Assembly: GCA_038139415.1 (NCBI GenBank)
Contig: JAYOSV010000001.1
Coordinates: 187,225-251,224, forward strand
Source: Verrucomicrobiales bacterium
GTDB taxonomy: Bacteria; Verrucomicrobiota; Verrucomicrobiia; Limisphaerales; UBA1100
Direction: 5' to 3'
DNA: 64,000 nucleotides
Made by a program: the position numbers and the translations under genes
Shown here: positions 48,483 to 57,145 of the stretch, one piece after another
How positions within the stretch are numbered: position 1 is the first letter of the stretch
How the letters are laid out: each line of letters opens with the position of its first letter
Notes under the pieces: model-generated
Database searches by the model: none
What the model saw: the letters and a program-made list of their open reading frames with translations, nothing else
What the model was told of the DNA's origin: nothing

Positions 48483-49460
48483 TTAAGGTTTTTTGGGGGC
48501 GGCGGCAACCCATTCGCGGTATTGCGCCTCGATTTTCGTGGCGTCGCCCTTGCCCGCATGCCAGTAGAGGCGGTAGCGGAAGGTGAGCGATTGGCCTTTC
48601 TTCAGGGTGTAATTGCCTGCGTTCTTGTCGGGTAACCGTTCGAAGTGGCGTTTGCCAAAAATATTCGCGCTGCACAGGCCGTAGGATCGAGCATGCCAGT
48701 TGGTGGGGTGGCGCGGGTTTTCCGGATGATCAAACATGGCAATACCCAGCAGCTTGCCCTTCACCTTGCCGGAGTAGGAAACCCACTTGGCGCGTTTGCC
48801 CCAGCAATTGCCGCCGGTGTGACCTTCGCTGTTGAGCATGTAGCCTTCGGCTTTCACCTTGGCCGTGTTGTGTGGGGAAACACACATGGTATCCGGTACG
48901 CGAAATCCCATACCGGCGTCCTTTTCATCCTGCAGCACAATATCGCCCTCAGAAGCTTTAATCATGATAGCATAATCAATGAACCGGCCGGCTTCATTGG
49001 TGGCAAAACCGATCTTGCGGAAATCCGTGGCGACGGTCTTACCCGCCTTGCTCACCCACTTGGTATTGGAGTAAATCCGGCCATCCTTACCGGCCTCAAT
49101 GTGGGTGGTAATCTGTTTGCCGCTTTTGGTGTTTTCGCCCCAGAAATCATGCACCGTGCCGTCGGCACTTTTTACATGGCGATGCCCCCAGAACACACTG
49201 CGATGATGCACGTGATCGTCCGATTCATTAGGCAGCGCCTTCTCCATTGGGAACCGCCGCGTCATGCCCTTGCCGTCAATCCAGCGTACAGGATACAAGG
49301 CCGGTTTGGGCACCCCTTGAAAATGGTAGCTGGTGAACAGTTCACCGCCGATCTTCACATCAATACGGCTATCGGTGGGAGTGAGGGTGATGTCATCGGC
49401 CAGCAAGGAAATGCCTAGCAAAGCCGAGGTCAAACAGAGGAATCGCAAAAAGCGTTTCAT
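48483..49460 (-). CDS. Secreted DUF6807 ('PmoA family' Pfam label) protein
   Basis: Signal peptide; KPALYPV, DHVHHRSVFWGH and FDHPENPRHPTNWHARSYGL. Confidence 0.82.
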   Translation of the reverse strand: MKRFLRFLCLTSALLGISLLADDITLTPTDSRIDVKIGGELFTSYHFQGVPKPALYPVRWIDGKGMTRRFPMEKALPNESDDHVHHRSVFWGHRHVKSADGTVHDFWGENTKSGKQITTHIEAGKDGRIYSNTKWVSKAGKTVATDFRKIGFATNEAGRFIDYAIMIKASEGDIVLQDEKDAGMGFRVPDTMCVSPHNTAKVKAEGYMLNSEGHTGGNCWGKRAKWVSYSGKVKGKLLGIAMFDHPENPRHPTNWHARSYGLCSANIFGKRHFERLPDKNAGNYTLKKGQSLTFRYRLYWHAGKGDATKIEAQYREWVAAAPKKP

Positions 49461-49471
49461 GGCGTGCTCGA

Positions 49472-49499
49472 ATGCTAGACTCCGTCCGCCACGGGTCAA
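49472..49499 (-). promoter_or_regulatory. Putative promoter of the DUF6807-oxidoreductase pair
   Basis: Minus strand TTGACC-16 nt-TAGCAT, 11 nt before ATG 49460. Confidence 0.5.
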
Positions 49500-49509
49500 C
49501 GTTTATTCC

Positions 49510-50244
49510 TTAGCCTTTCGGCGTGAGCAGCACATCGGCATGCACCCAGCCCTGCCGCCCGGTGACATCCCGTGCCAGAAACCAATCCTGATGACGTCGG
49601 CTGATCTGCACTTCCGTGCCGTCAAACCATTTGAATTGATCGGGCGATTGTTCCACCGGTCCGAACCGGACCTGAGTTTCTTCGGTGATCACAGCCCAAT
49701 CATGATTCGCTTCGCTTTTCCAAGCGAGCAGGGCAACGGTCATCAGGGCCAGAGCTAGGACCCCTAGAATGGGCCGTAACACCGCTGCCTTGGAGCGCGT
49801 CTCCGGTCGCCAATAAATCAGGGCCAGCCAAAGCAACCAGACCGTGAGAAGCGGGGAGGCAAGCAGTGCCCATTCGTCGGCATTTAGAAAGCCGGTGAGC
49901 CGTTGCCAAGTACCGGCCTTCGGCGGGGTGCCGTTGTGGACTTCATCGCGAGCGATCTTGAGGTTTTGAGTGACGTCCGGGTCGCGGGGTTTTAGGGTTT
50001 GCGCAATTCGTAAATGATAAATGGCCCGGCCCAAATGATCGTTATGAAGCGCGGCAGTGGCGAGATTGAAATGAAGCGGTGGCGAGACATGGCCGCTTTG
50101 AAGCTGGACGGAGTAATGATCCCAAGCCTCTGCAAATCTTCCCTCATTAAAGGCTTGGTTGCCCTGTTCGAAAGGGGATAACGCCCGGCCCTCGGCCCAC
50201 GTCATCATGCCGCTTAGGCACAGGATGAAGCTGAGCCACTTCAT
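49510..50244 (-). CDS. batE: BatE-like protein (TPR, two TMs, SH3-like)
   Basis: FEQGNQAFNEG..HFNLA..PRDPDVTQNL TPR; C-terminal VRFGP..GRQGWV. Confidence 0.85.
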   Translation of the reverse strand: MKWLSFILCLSGMMTWAEGRALSPFEQGNQAFNEGRFAEAWDHYSVQLQSGHVSPPLHFNLATAALHNDHLGRAIYHLRIAQTLKPRDPDVTQNLKIARDEVHNGTPPKAGTWQRLTGFLNADEWALLASPLLTVWLLWLALIYWRPETRSKAAVLRPILGVLALALMTVALLAWKSEANHDWAVITEETQVRFGPVEQSPDQFKWFDGTEVQISRRHQDWFLARDVTGRQGWVHADVLLTPKG

Positions 50245-51956
50245 TTCAGTGCACGCAGGACACAGTTCAGGTCGTTTAGTGCCGCATCCACATTGGGCGT
50301 GGCAATGGCGCCGCTAAATCGGGTGACTTCCTCCTGCTCAAGCAAACGGGTCAGCGCGGTCTGCGCTTCCTCGGGGAGATTCAGCGGTGCGGCTAGCATG
50401 GAATTGGCCGTGAGCCCGGCGGCTGGTTGATCAATGGCACGGCCGATTTGCTCGCGCAGGATCAACTGCACGCCTTCATAAAACTCAGCGGCATTTTTCT
50501 GGCTGGAATCGGATTGCAGTTGGCGCAGGGTATTGCGGGTGAGACGGCGCACATGATGGCGGCGCACGACTTCCGGGTGGGCTTCATAATATTCAACTCG
50601 CTGCCTCCAGCCGAAGGCCACGATCAACGCCAGCAAGCTCACGCCGGGAATGGCCAGAAACCAGGGGCGGGCGATCAATGGCGGCTGCATTTGGGCCAAG
50701 CGCCCTGGGGAATAGCGGATGGTTTGGATGGCCGGGGTATCATCAGCCGGGGTTAGTTCATTCAGGCCCGGCGGATCACCACGCGGGTTGGGTGGCGGTG
50801 TGCTGCCGGCGATTTTCACCGGCGTAGGCGGCGAGGTCAGGGTGACATATTGCGCGGTGGCCGGATCAAAATAACTGAACTGCAAGGCTGGCACGTGGGT
50901 GAGTTTCGGATCGGTGGGAATAATCATGCGCTTGAATTGCTTGCGAGAACTCAGGTGGCGCAGGTCGGTATATTGGATTTCGCTGGTGGCCGGATGTGTC
51001 TTGAATCCCTGCCACGCAGCCGGATCGGGCGCGGGCGTGTTGTCCAACGTGCCCTTGCCCGCGAGGCTGATGCGCAGTTCCATGGGGTCGCCCACTTGAG
51101 CGCTATTGGGTTCCACGGTGGCGGTCATTTGGTATTGCCCCACCGCGCCAGTGAAATGTTCTGGTCGTCCGTTGGTGGGCAGGGGCAATACTTCAATCGT
51201 AATGGGGTCGCTAGTGAGATGTAGGTTGCGCTGCCGACCAAACACATCCTGCCGGTAATCCATAACGATGACGTCCAGCTCGAAGATTAGGTTCAGCTTT
51301 CCGGGTTTCATGGCCACGGCGCCAGTTTCAAATAAAAACACGTTTTGGTAGAGTATCCCATTGAGGGAACGCGCGCTGGCTTGGCGGTACTCCGGCCGGA
51401 TGCGTGTGAAGCGGATGCCCTCGGTTACTAGTTGGGGCACGGGCAAGTGGGATTGCCGTAGGCCTTGGGCGAGCAGTTCCATGGAAACAGGGAAAACCTG
51501 CCCGGCGTACACCTTGGTGGCGGTGGTTTGCACGCGCAACAACGCGGGCGGCGGTGTCTTGGCGATGTTTTTTGGGGTGTTGTTGCCGTCTGTATCGAGC
51601 ACAGTAAGAATGATGGCATCGCTGCGGATTTCCCGGTTGCCAACCATGGCCTTGAAGGCTGGCACAGCGAATCGGCCGGCCTCCCGCGGTGTGACTTGAT
51701 AGGTGAACGTGGCGGATTCGCGGGTAACGCCGCCTACGATGTCGATGGATTTTGTGCTGTCGACAAACGAGAGGGCCAAATTGCGGGCGGCGGCGGTTTG
51801 CTCCACGGTGGTGGCAATGCCGCCTTCGCAAACGAGGGTGAGGGTGGCGCTCTTGCCAAGGTTGACCGTGGCTGGTTTCAGCGTCGCCGTGAGAGTGGCT
51901 CCGAACGTGCCGGTGGTCAGTGCCAGAAAACTGAGGAAGACCCGTGTCATTACCAA
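50241..51956 (-). CDS. batD: BatD-like protein
   Basis: Signal peptide, Ig-like repeats, PEHFTGAVGQY, FSYFDP, late TM; operon position. Confidence 0.85.
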   Translation of the reverse strand: MVMTRVFLSFLALTTGTFGATLTATLKPATVNLGKSATLTLVCEGGIATTVEQTAAARNLALSFVDSTKSIDIVGGVTRESATFTYQVTPREAGRFAVPAFKAMVGNREIRSDAIILTVLDTDGNNTPKNIAKTPPPALLRVQTTATKVYAGQVFPVSMELLAQGLRQSHLPVPQLVTEGIRFTRIRPEYRQASARSLNGILYQNVFLFETGAVAMKPGKLNLIFELDVIVMDYRQDVFGRQRNLHLTSDPITIEVLPLPTNGRPEHFTGAVGQYQMTATVEPNSAQVGDPMELRISLAGKGTLDNTPAPDPAAWQGFKTHPATSEIQYTDLRHLSSRKQFKRMIIPTDPKLTHVPALQFSYFDPATAQYVTLTSPPTPVKIAGSTPPPNPRGDPPGLNELTPADDTPAIQTIRYSPGRLAQMQPPLIARPWFLAIPGVSLLALIVAFGWRQRVEYYEAHPEVVRRHHVRRLTRNTLRQLQSDSSQKNAAEFYEGVQLILREQIGRAIDQPAAGLTANSMLAAPLNLPEEAQTALTRLLEQEEVTRFSGAIATPNVDAALNDLNCVLRALK

Positions 51957-54718
51957 TCCTTCTTTGGTCGGCGAATGCGCAGGCCGGGGCGGCCTTGCTC
52001 CGCTTCAATTGCGCTCAGGGGTTTCTCATCGGTTTTTAAGGCATCGAGCAAGCGTTCAGCTTGGCGGAGCGTTTCGAGTAATTCGGGGGGGAGCTCGCCT
52101 TCGTTGCGGTCTTCATCGGCGGGCTGATCTCCCTGTTGGTCACCGGGTTGGTTATTGGGATTGTTCGGGTCGCTTTCGCCATTGTTAGGGTCCTGATTGT
52201 CGCCTTGTTGACCGTTGTCTGGGTTTTGTTCTGGTTCTCCGCCTTCACCTTGGTTGTCTTCGGGCGGGGTGGCTTCCACGCGGATCCATTGGGTGCCGTC
52301 AAATACCTCGGCCCAGGCGTGGGCGTCGGTTTTCTCATTGGTCCAGCTTTCCGTTTTGTCGTCCCACTCGCCGCCAGCAAATCCACACACAATGCGGGCC
52401 GGATGGCCGGCGGCACGGGCGAGCAGGGTGTAGCTGTAGGCGAAATATTCGCAATGGCCGGCTTCCTCGGTGAGCATCCAGCGAACGACGGGATCGTTCT
52501 GGTCATCCTCGGGAATGCGTGTTTGGCGTGTGTATTTGTGATGAGTGTGGAGCCAGGCGATGATCTTTTCGTTCAGCTCGGCCAACGGCAGTTCCTCGTC
52601 GCCGGTGATTTTCTCTAAAACCCCAAGGAGCTGGCTGATCTCCGTGGGGCTGAGGTTGAGCTGTAGGGTGGTGAAGGGATAGGCGTCTTCGCGTGGCGTG
52701 GTGAAATCATTTTGGGCGTCCGGCTGCAGGGGGGCGTCGAGCGGACCGGCGGCGAGGCGGGCATTATCCGTGGGATCGGTGAGGGTGTACTCCACGGCGT
52801 GCGTGGGCACATCTGGCAGGCGTGCCTGAAAGGCAGCGGGGTTGTAGCACCAGGATGTGTTTTCCACTTGGGCATTGGCGAACGGGCCATTCATAGGCAG
52901 GAATTCGCTGAAGAGTGGCTCGAAGCGAAACCGCCACGTGCCGGAGAGCACGGGCTCGGCTGGCGGTCGGTCGCCGTATCCGGTCGGGCTCAAAGCCTTG
53001 GCTTGGGCCCGAAGAGAATCGGAGACTTTGGCCACGCCGTGGATGTAGTGATCGAGGGCAAACATCCGCCAGTAGGGCCGTTCAGGGATTTGCTCACGGT
53101 CTGGCGGCCAGACGCGCAGGGTGTATTCCTTCTCGTCGTCCTGTTTGAATCGCGTGATGCCATCGAGCGGCACCTCGTCGGAAAGCTGTTCCAGTTTGCG
53201 TTTGGCCTCATCGATTTTGAGGCGGACAAATTTGAGATTGCGCTGTGCGCCGGGGTCCTGTGGGTTCAATTGGGTGGCGGCTTCAAAGTGATCGGCGGCC
53301 TCCTTCCAAACCGGAATTTGATCCTCCGGATTTTTCATGGCCTCGCCCAGTTGAAAACGCGTGTTGCCGAGATTGTAAAAGGCGCGGTGTTGGAGCTTCA
53401 AATCAGGCGTCCGCAAGGCACCACGGAAATGCTTGGCCGCCTCGTTGTGTTTCCCAGCCTGATAAGCGGCTGCGCCGGCATTGTAATGCAGCTTCGGATT
53501 ACCCGGATCGTGCCGCAGTAGCTCTTCGTACTCCTGAAGCGCCAAAGCAAATTCGCCCTTCTGATATTGCTGGGCGGCCTTCTTGAGCGTGGCGGCTTCC
53601 AGTGAACAAGGCAGGATCAGGGCGAGCAAGGCCGCGGTGGCGGCCGCTGGCCTTCGCCGGCGGCCCATAGGCCACAGCAATTCTAGCAACAAGAGTCCGA
53701 CGGCTCCGGCTAAAGGCCATTGATAACGCTCACGTTGGCGTCGCAACATGGTGCTATTATTCTCTGATTTTGGCAGCGGCGCGAGTCCATTTTTGTAGAG
53801 CACATCCATGGTTTGCGCGCCTTCGAGACGCAGGTAAAAACCACCGGTGAATTCAGCTAATTCCTCCAGCATGGATTCATTGAGCCGGCTTCGAACAGCA
53901 TTGCCGTTTTCATCGCGAATAAACTCTTGGCCGGGCGTGAGGTAGGCGTTGCAAATCCGGCATCTCGATCGACCCGGCTGGTTGGGCGATTCGCAGCTCG
54001 GACAATAACTGACCGGGATCAATTCCCCATCGGGCGTCCCGGCGCCAATGGTGAAAATGCGCAGGCCTTTTTGGGCAGCTTCCTCCGCCTTGGTCAGGGC
54101 ATTTTCGTCGTGATCTTCGCCGTCGGAAAAAAGCACAAGCACCTTATGGCTGTCCTGCTCATGACCCTCGAAGGCTTCCATGGCCGCATCAATCGCTTCG
54201 CCGAGGTGGGTGCCGCCTTCGGGGATGAGGTCAACGTTGACGAGGTTGACGTGCTGACGCAGGGCTTCCTGATCGACGGTGAGAGGGCATTGGAGGAAGG
54301 CGGAGCCGGCAAAAGGGATGAGGCCGAACCGGTCGCCTTCGCCAAGCTTGATGAGTTCCTGAATGGCGAGCTGGGTGCGCTTCATGCGGGATGGCACGAG
54401 GTCGTCGGCAAGCATACTGCGTGAGGTGTCGACGGCGATGAGGATGTCCAGTGAGTTAGCGTTGGATTTCTCGAGCACATATCCCCAGCGAGGAGAGGCG
54501 AGGGCAAGGCAGCCGAGGATTACGGCGCCCATGATCAGGCCGGTACGGGTCCAGTATTCCCAGCCGGGCATGGCGGCGGTGAGTTCCTGCACGCGGGCTT
54601 TGCTCACGAACAGCGCTAACACACGCTCGCGATGGAGCCACATGGCGACGCTGCCACCGAGTACAAACAGCGCCAGCAGGATGCTCAAGGTAATGTAGCC
54701 AGGGTAGCCCCAGTTCAT
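51950..54718 (-). CDS. BatB-BatC fusion (VWA plus TPR) with inserted Cys4 ribbon and TgpA-like transglutaminase domain
   Basis: MIDAS DTSRS/GGT/SDG; CPSC-x10-CRIC; TPRs (HYNAG, FYNLGN); GHCEYFA, HAWAEV and WIRVEATP; Q/N/D/E linker and C-terminal AERLLDAL..KDW. Confidence 0.88.
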   Translation of the reverse strand: MNWGYPGYITLSILLALFVLGGSVAMWLHRERVLALFVSKARVQELTAAMPGWEYWTRTGLIMGAVILGCLALASPRWGYVLEKSNANSLDILIAVDTSRSMLADDLVPSRMKRTQLAIQELIKLGEGDRFGLIPFAGSAFLQCPLTVDQEALRQHVNLVNVDLIPEGGTHLGEAIDAAMEAFEGHEQDSHKVLVLFSDGEDHDENALTKAEEAAQKGLRIFTIGAGTPDGELIPVSYCPSCESPNQPGRSRCRICNAYLTPGQEFIRDENGNAVRSRLNESMLEELAEFTGGFYLRLEGAQTMDVLYKNGLAPLPKSENNSTMLRRQRERYQWPLAGAVGLLLLELLWPMGRRRRPAAATAALLALILPCSLEAATLKKAAQQYQKGEFALALQEYEELLRHDPGNPKLHYNAGAAAYQAGKHNEAAKHFRGALRTPDLKLQHRAFYNLGNTRFQLGEAMKNPEDQIPVWKEAADHFEAATQLNPQDPGAQRNLKFVRLKIDEAKRKLEQLSDEVPLDGITRFKQDDEKEYTLRVWPPDREQIPERPYWRMFALDHYIHGVAKVSDSLRAQAKALSPTGYGDRPPAEPVLSGTWRFRFEPLFSEFLPMNGPFANAQVENTSWCYNPAAFQARLPDVPTHAVEYTLTDPTDNARLAAGPLDAPLQPDAQNDFTTPREDAYPFTTLQLNLSPTEISQLLGVLEKITGDEELPLAELNEKIIAWLHTHHKYTRQTRIPEDDQNDPVVRWMLTEEAGHCEYFAYSYTLLARAAGHPARIVCGFAGGEWDDKTESWTNEKTDAHAWAEVFDGTQWIRVEATPPEDNQGEGGEPEQNPDNGQQGDNQDPNNGESDPNNPNNQPGDQQGDQPADEDRNEGELPPELLETLRQAERLLDALKTDEKPLSAIEAEQGRPGLRIRRPKKDW

Positions 54719-55719
54719 GGTAGTTTCCTCAACAAAGTATAATTCAAAATGAGGTCCAGCACCAACAACGCCAGCGCCACGCCTAGAAAGGTGCGGAAGA
54801 GATCGTGGTATTGGAGGAAGCGTTGTTCTTCGCGCTCAGTTTTTTCCAGTAGATCGATTTCCTTGTACACGGCGCGCAGGGCGTCGGCGCTTTCGGCGCG
54901 GAAATATTTGCCGCCGGTTTTTTCGGCGATCTCTCGCAGACTATCTTCATCGATGCCCACGAGTTGCACGGGGCGCTTGAAGCCGAATTGATCGGGCAGG
55001 TAGAGCATGGTGCCGTCTTTGCCAATGCCGATAGTGTAGATCTTCACGCCCATGGCAGCGGCGGCAGTGGCGGCTTCGTGCCCTTTGATCTTGCCCGTGT
55101 TTTCCTCGCCGTCAGTCATCAGAATAACAATGCGGCTTTTGGAATCCTTGATTTCACGCAGGCGATTGATCGCTGCGCTGATGCCTGAGCCGATGGCCGT
55201 ACCTTCCTCGGGCACGGTATCGGTGGTGAAACGGTCGAGGTTCTCTAGCAGAAACGCGTGGTTGAGTGTGGGCGGGCTGGCGATGTAGGCCTTGCCGGAA
55301 AAGGCAATGAGCCCGATGCGGTCACTGGGTCGGCCCTTGATGAATTCCTCGAGCACATCCTTGCTCACGTCCAGACGATTGGCGTCGCGCCCGAAGCGCT
55401 GGAAATCTTCGGCGAGCATGCTGTCGCTGAGGTCCATGGACACCACAATATCAATACCGCTGGCGCGTATGCGTTGTTTGCCTTCGCCCCATTGCGGTCG
55501 GGCCAAGGCGAGGATAAAAACGATCAATGCCAGCCAACGCAGCAGCCACAACAGGCGTCCGGCTTTTTGCGGGGCAATTTTTTGCAGACGACGCACCAGA
55601 GTCAGTGAGGAATACACCACGGCCGGTGGCCTGCCGGTGGCGCCTTTGAGCCAGCCGGCCAGTGGCAGCAGCAGGAGCAGCCACAGCCAGGCGGGATCGG
55701 CAAAGGTGAAGGTATCCAT
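54715..55719 (-). CDS. batA: BatA-like VWA protein
   Basis: FADPAWLWLL, LARPQWG, MIDAS DLSDS, GTAIGSGI, MTDGE and TGGKYFRA. Confidence 0.9.
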   Translation of the reverse strand: MDTFTFADPAWLWLLLLLPLAGWLKGATGRPPAVVYSSLTLVRRLQKIAPQKAGRLLWLLRWLALIVFILALARPQWGEGKQRIRASGIDIVVSMDLSDSMLAEDFQRFGRDANRLDVSKDVLEEFIKGRPSDRIGLIAFSGKAYIASPPTLNHAFLLENLDRFTTDTVPEEGTAIGSGISAAINRLREIKDSKSRIVILMTDGEENTGKIKGHEAATAAAAMGVKIYTIGIGKDGTMLYLPDQFGFKRPVQLVGIDEDSLREIAEKTGGKYFRAESADALRAVYKEIDLLEKTEREEQRFLQYHDLFRTFLGVALALLVLDLILNYTLLRKLP

Positions 55720-56261
55720 CAGTTGATTTTCGGGGGCACAATTTGCGGCGGCGCATTGCCGGGCTGGGCCGGCGCGGTTTCCTGCACCAGCTTCACGGCA
55801 ATGCCGTGCAGCCGGCGGCATTCCTCTTCAGAGGGATCGAGCTGGGCGAATTTCGGGAAATCACAAAACTTCAGGAATTGCTCGAGCAACGCCTTTTGTT
55901 CGCCGGTCATCTGCGGCATTTGTTGCAGTTCATTGAGAAACTCTTCGGTGGTGCGTTCGGGGGCGTGGGCCTTGAAACGTTCCTCCAAATACACACGCAG
56001 GATATCGGCCACGGCTTCGGTAAAGAGGGCGTGCGTGCCGAGCAGCGCCCAGGCTTCGCGGAGTTTGCGTTGGGCTACGGTATCGGGCGCCGGCGGGGTG
56101 GGAGGGGCGATTGGACGACGGAAAGCCCACCAGAGCAGGGCGGCGCCGGCGACTAGGAGCACAGCCAGCACCCACCACAACGGGCCAGTCCCGTCGCCCG
56201 GGTCTAGCTCCAGTGGCGGCTTGATATCGAGCAGGTCGAGTTGGTTGGTGTCTTCGTTCAT
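55719..56261 (-). CDS. DUF4381-like single-TM protein of MoxR/Bat operons
   Basis: LLDIKPP, TM segment, LRVYLEERF..ERTTEEFL and DFPKFA. Confidence 0.75.
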   Translation of the reverse strand: MNEDTNQLDLLDIKPPLELDPGDGTGPLWWVLAVLLVAGAALLWWAFRRPIAPPTPPAPDTVAQRKLREAWALLGTHALFTEAVADILRVYLEERFKAHAPERTTEEFLNELQQMPQMTGEQKALLEQFLKFCDFPKFAQLDPSEEECRRLHGIAVKLVQETAPAQPGNAPPQIVPPKIN

Positions 56262-57142
56262 GCGCGGCGTTGACGTTCCAGACGAGTTCGGAAAAATCGG
56301 CCTAGCTCCGGTACAAAAGGTTCATTGGTGCGCAGGCGAATGTGGTCGATACCTAGTCCGTTAAATTGCTGTTCCAATTGATCCTGAGCCTCGGCGCGCT
56401 GGCGAAAGAAGGCGTCGATTTCCTCTCCGTTGCGCAATGTCACTTCGCCGACCTCGCCGGATTCGGCATCTTCCAGCGTTATCCGGCCGAGCGCGGGCAA
56501 CTGTTCCTCATGCGGATCGGTAATCTGAATAGCTACCACATCGTGCCGACGTCGGGCTTGTTGCAGCGTGGAGATGGGAAGTGGATCGAGGAAATCGGAT
56601 AGCAACACCATCACCGAACGGCGGCGGAAGGATTTTTGTAAATGCTGCAGGGCATGGCGTAAATCACCGCCACGATGGTCTGGCGTGTGCCCGAGAATAT
56701 CCCGCACCACACGCAGCACATGCCGGTTTCCCCTGGCGGGGGTGACGTATTTTTCTACACGCTCGGTAAAGAGCGTGAGGCCAACCTTGTCGTTGTTGCG
56801 CTGGGCGGCAAAGGCGAGCACGGCGCCGACTTCGGCGGCCAGTTCGCGCTTGGTTTGGCGGCCGCTCCCAAAAGTGCCCGAGGCGCTAAGATCGACCACG
56901 AGCATGACGGTGAGTTCGCGTTCCTCAACGTACTGTTTAATGAACGGCTGGTTCAGTCGGGCGGTTACATTCCAATCGATGTGACGCACCTCGTCGCCTG
57001 GTTGATATTCCCGGATATCATCGAAGTCCATACCTTGCCCCTTGAAGACACTCTGGTACTGGCCGATCATCAAATCGCTGACCAGTCGGCGCGTGCGAAT
57101 CTCAATCTGCCGCACCTGAGCCTGAAGTTCGGGCAAATTCAT
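56258..57142 (-). CDS. DUF58 (VWA-like) protein
   Basis: GQGMDFDDIREYQPGDEVRHIDWNVTAR, EEREL and DLSAS. Confidence 0.92.
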   Translation of the reverse strand: MNLPELQAQVRQIEIRTRRLVSDLMIGQYQSVFKGQGMDFDDIREYQPGDEVRHIDWNVTARLNQPFIKQYVEERELTVMLVVDLSASGTFGSGRQTKRELAAEVGAVLAFAAQRNNDKVGLTLFTERVEKYVTPARGNRHVLRVVRDILGHTPDHRGGDLRHALQHLQKSFRRRSVMVLLSDFLDPLPISTLQQARRRHDVVAIQITDPHEEQLPALGRITLEDAESGEVGEVTLRNGEEIDAFFRQRAEAQDQLEQQFNGLGIDHIRLRTNEPFVPELGRFFRTRLERQRRA

Positions 57143-57145
57143 AGG

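Noticed and set aside
48483..49460. Possible methane monooxygenase, from the 'PmoA' family label
   Set aside because: This is a soluble secreted protein with no multi-TM PmoA features and no pmoB/pmoC nearby; the label is misleading
52100..52260. GTT/TTG-rich low-complexity tract in the batBC gene
   Set aside because: Ordinary Q/N/D/E linker of BatC-like proteins
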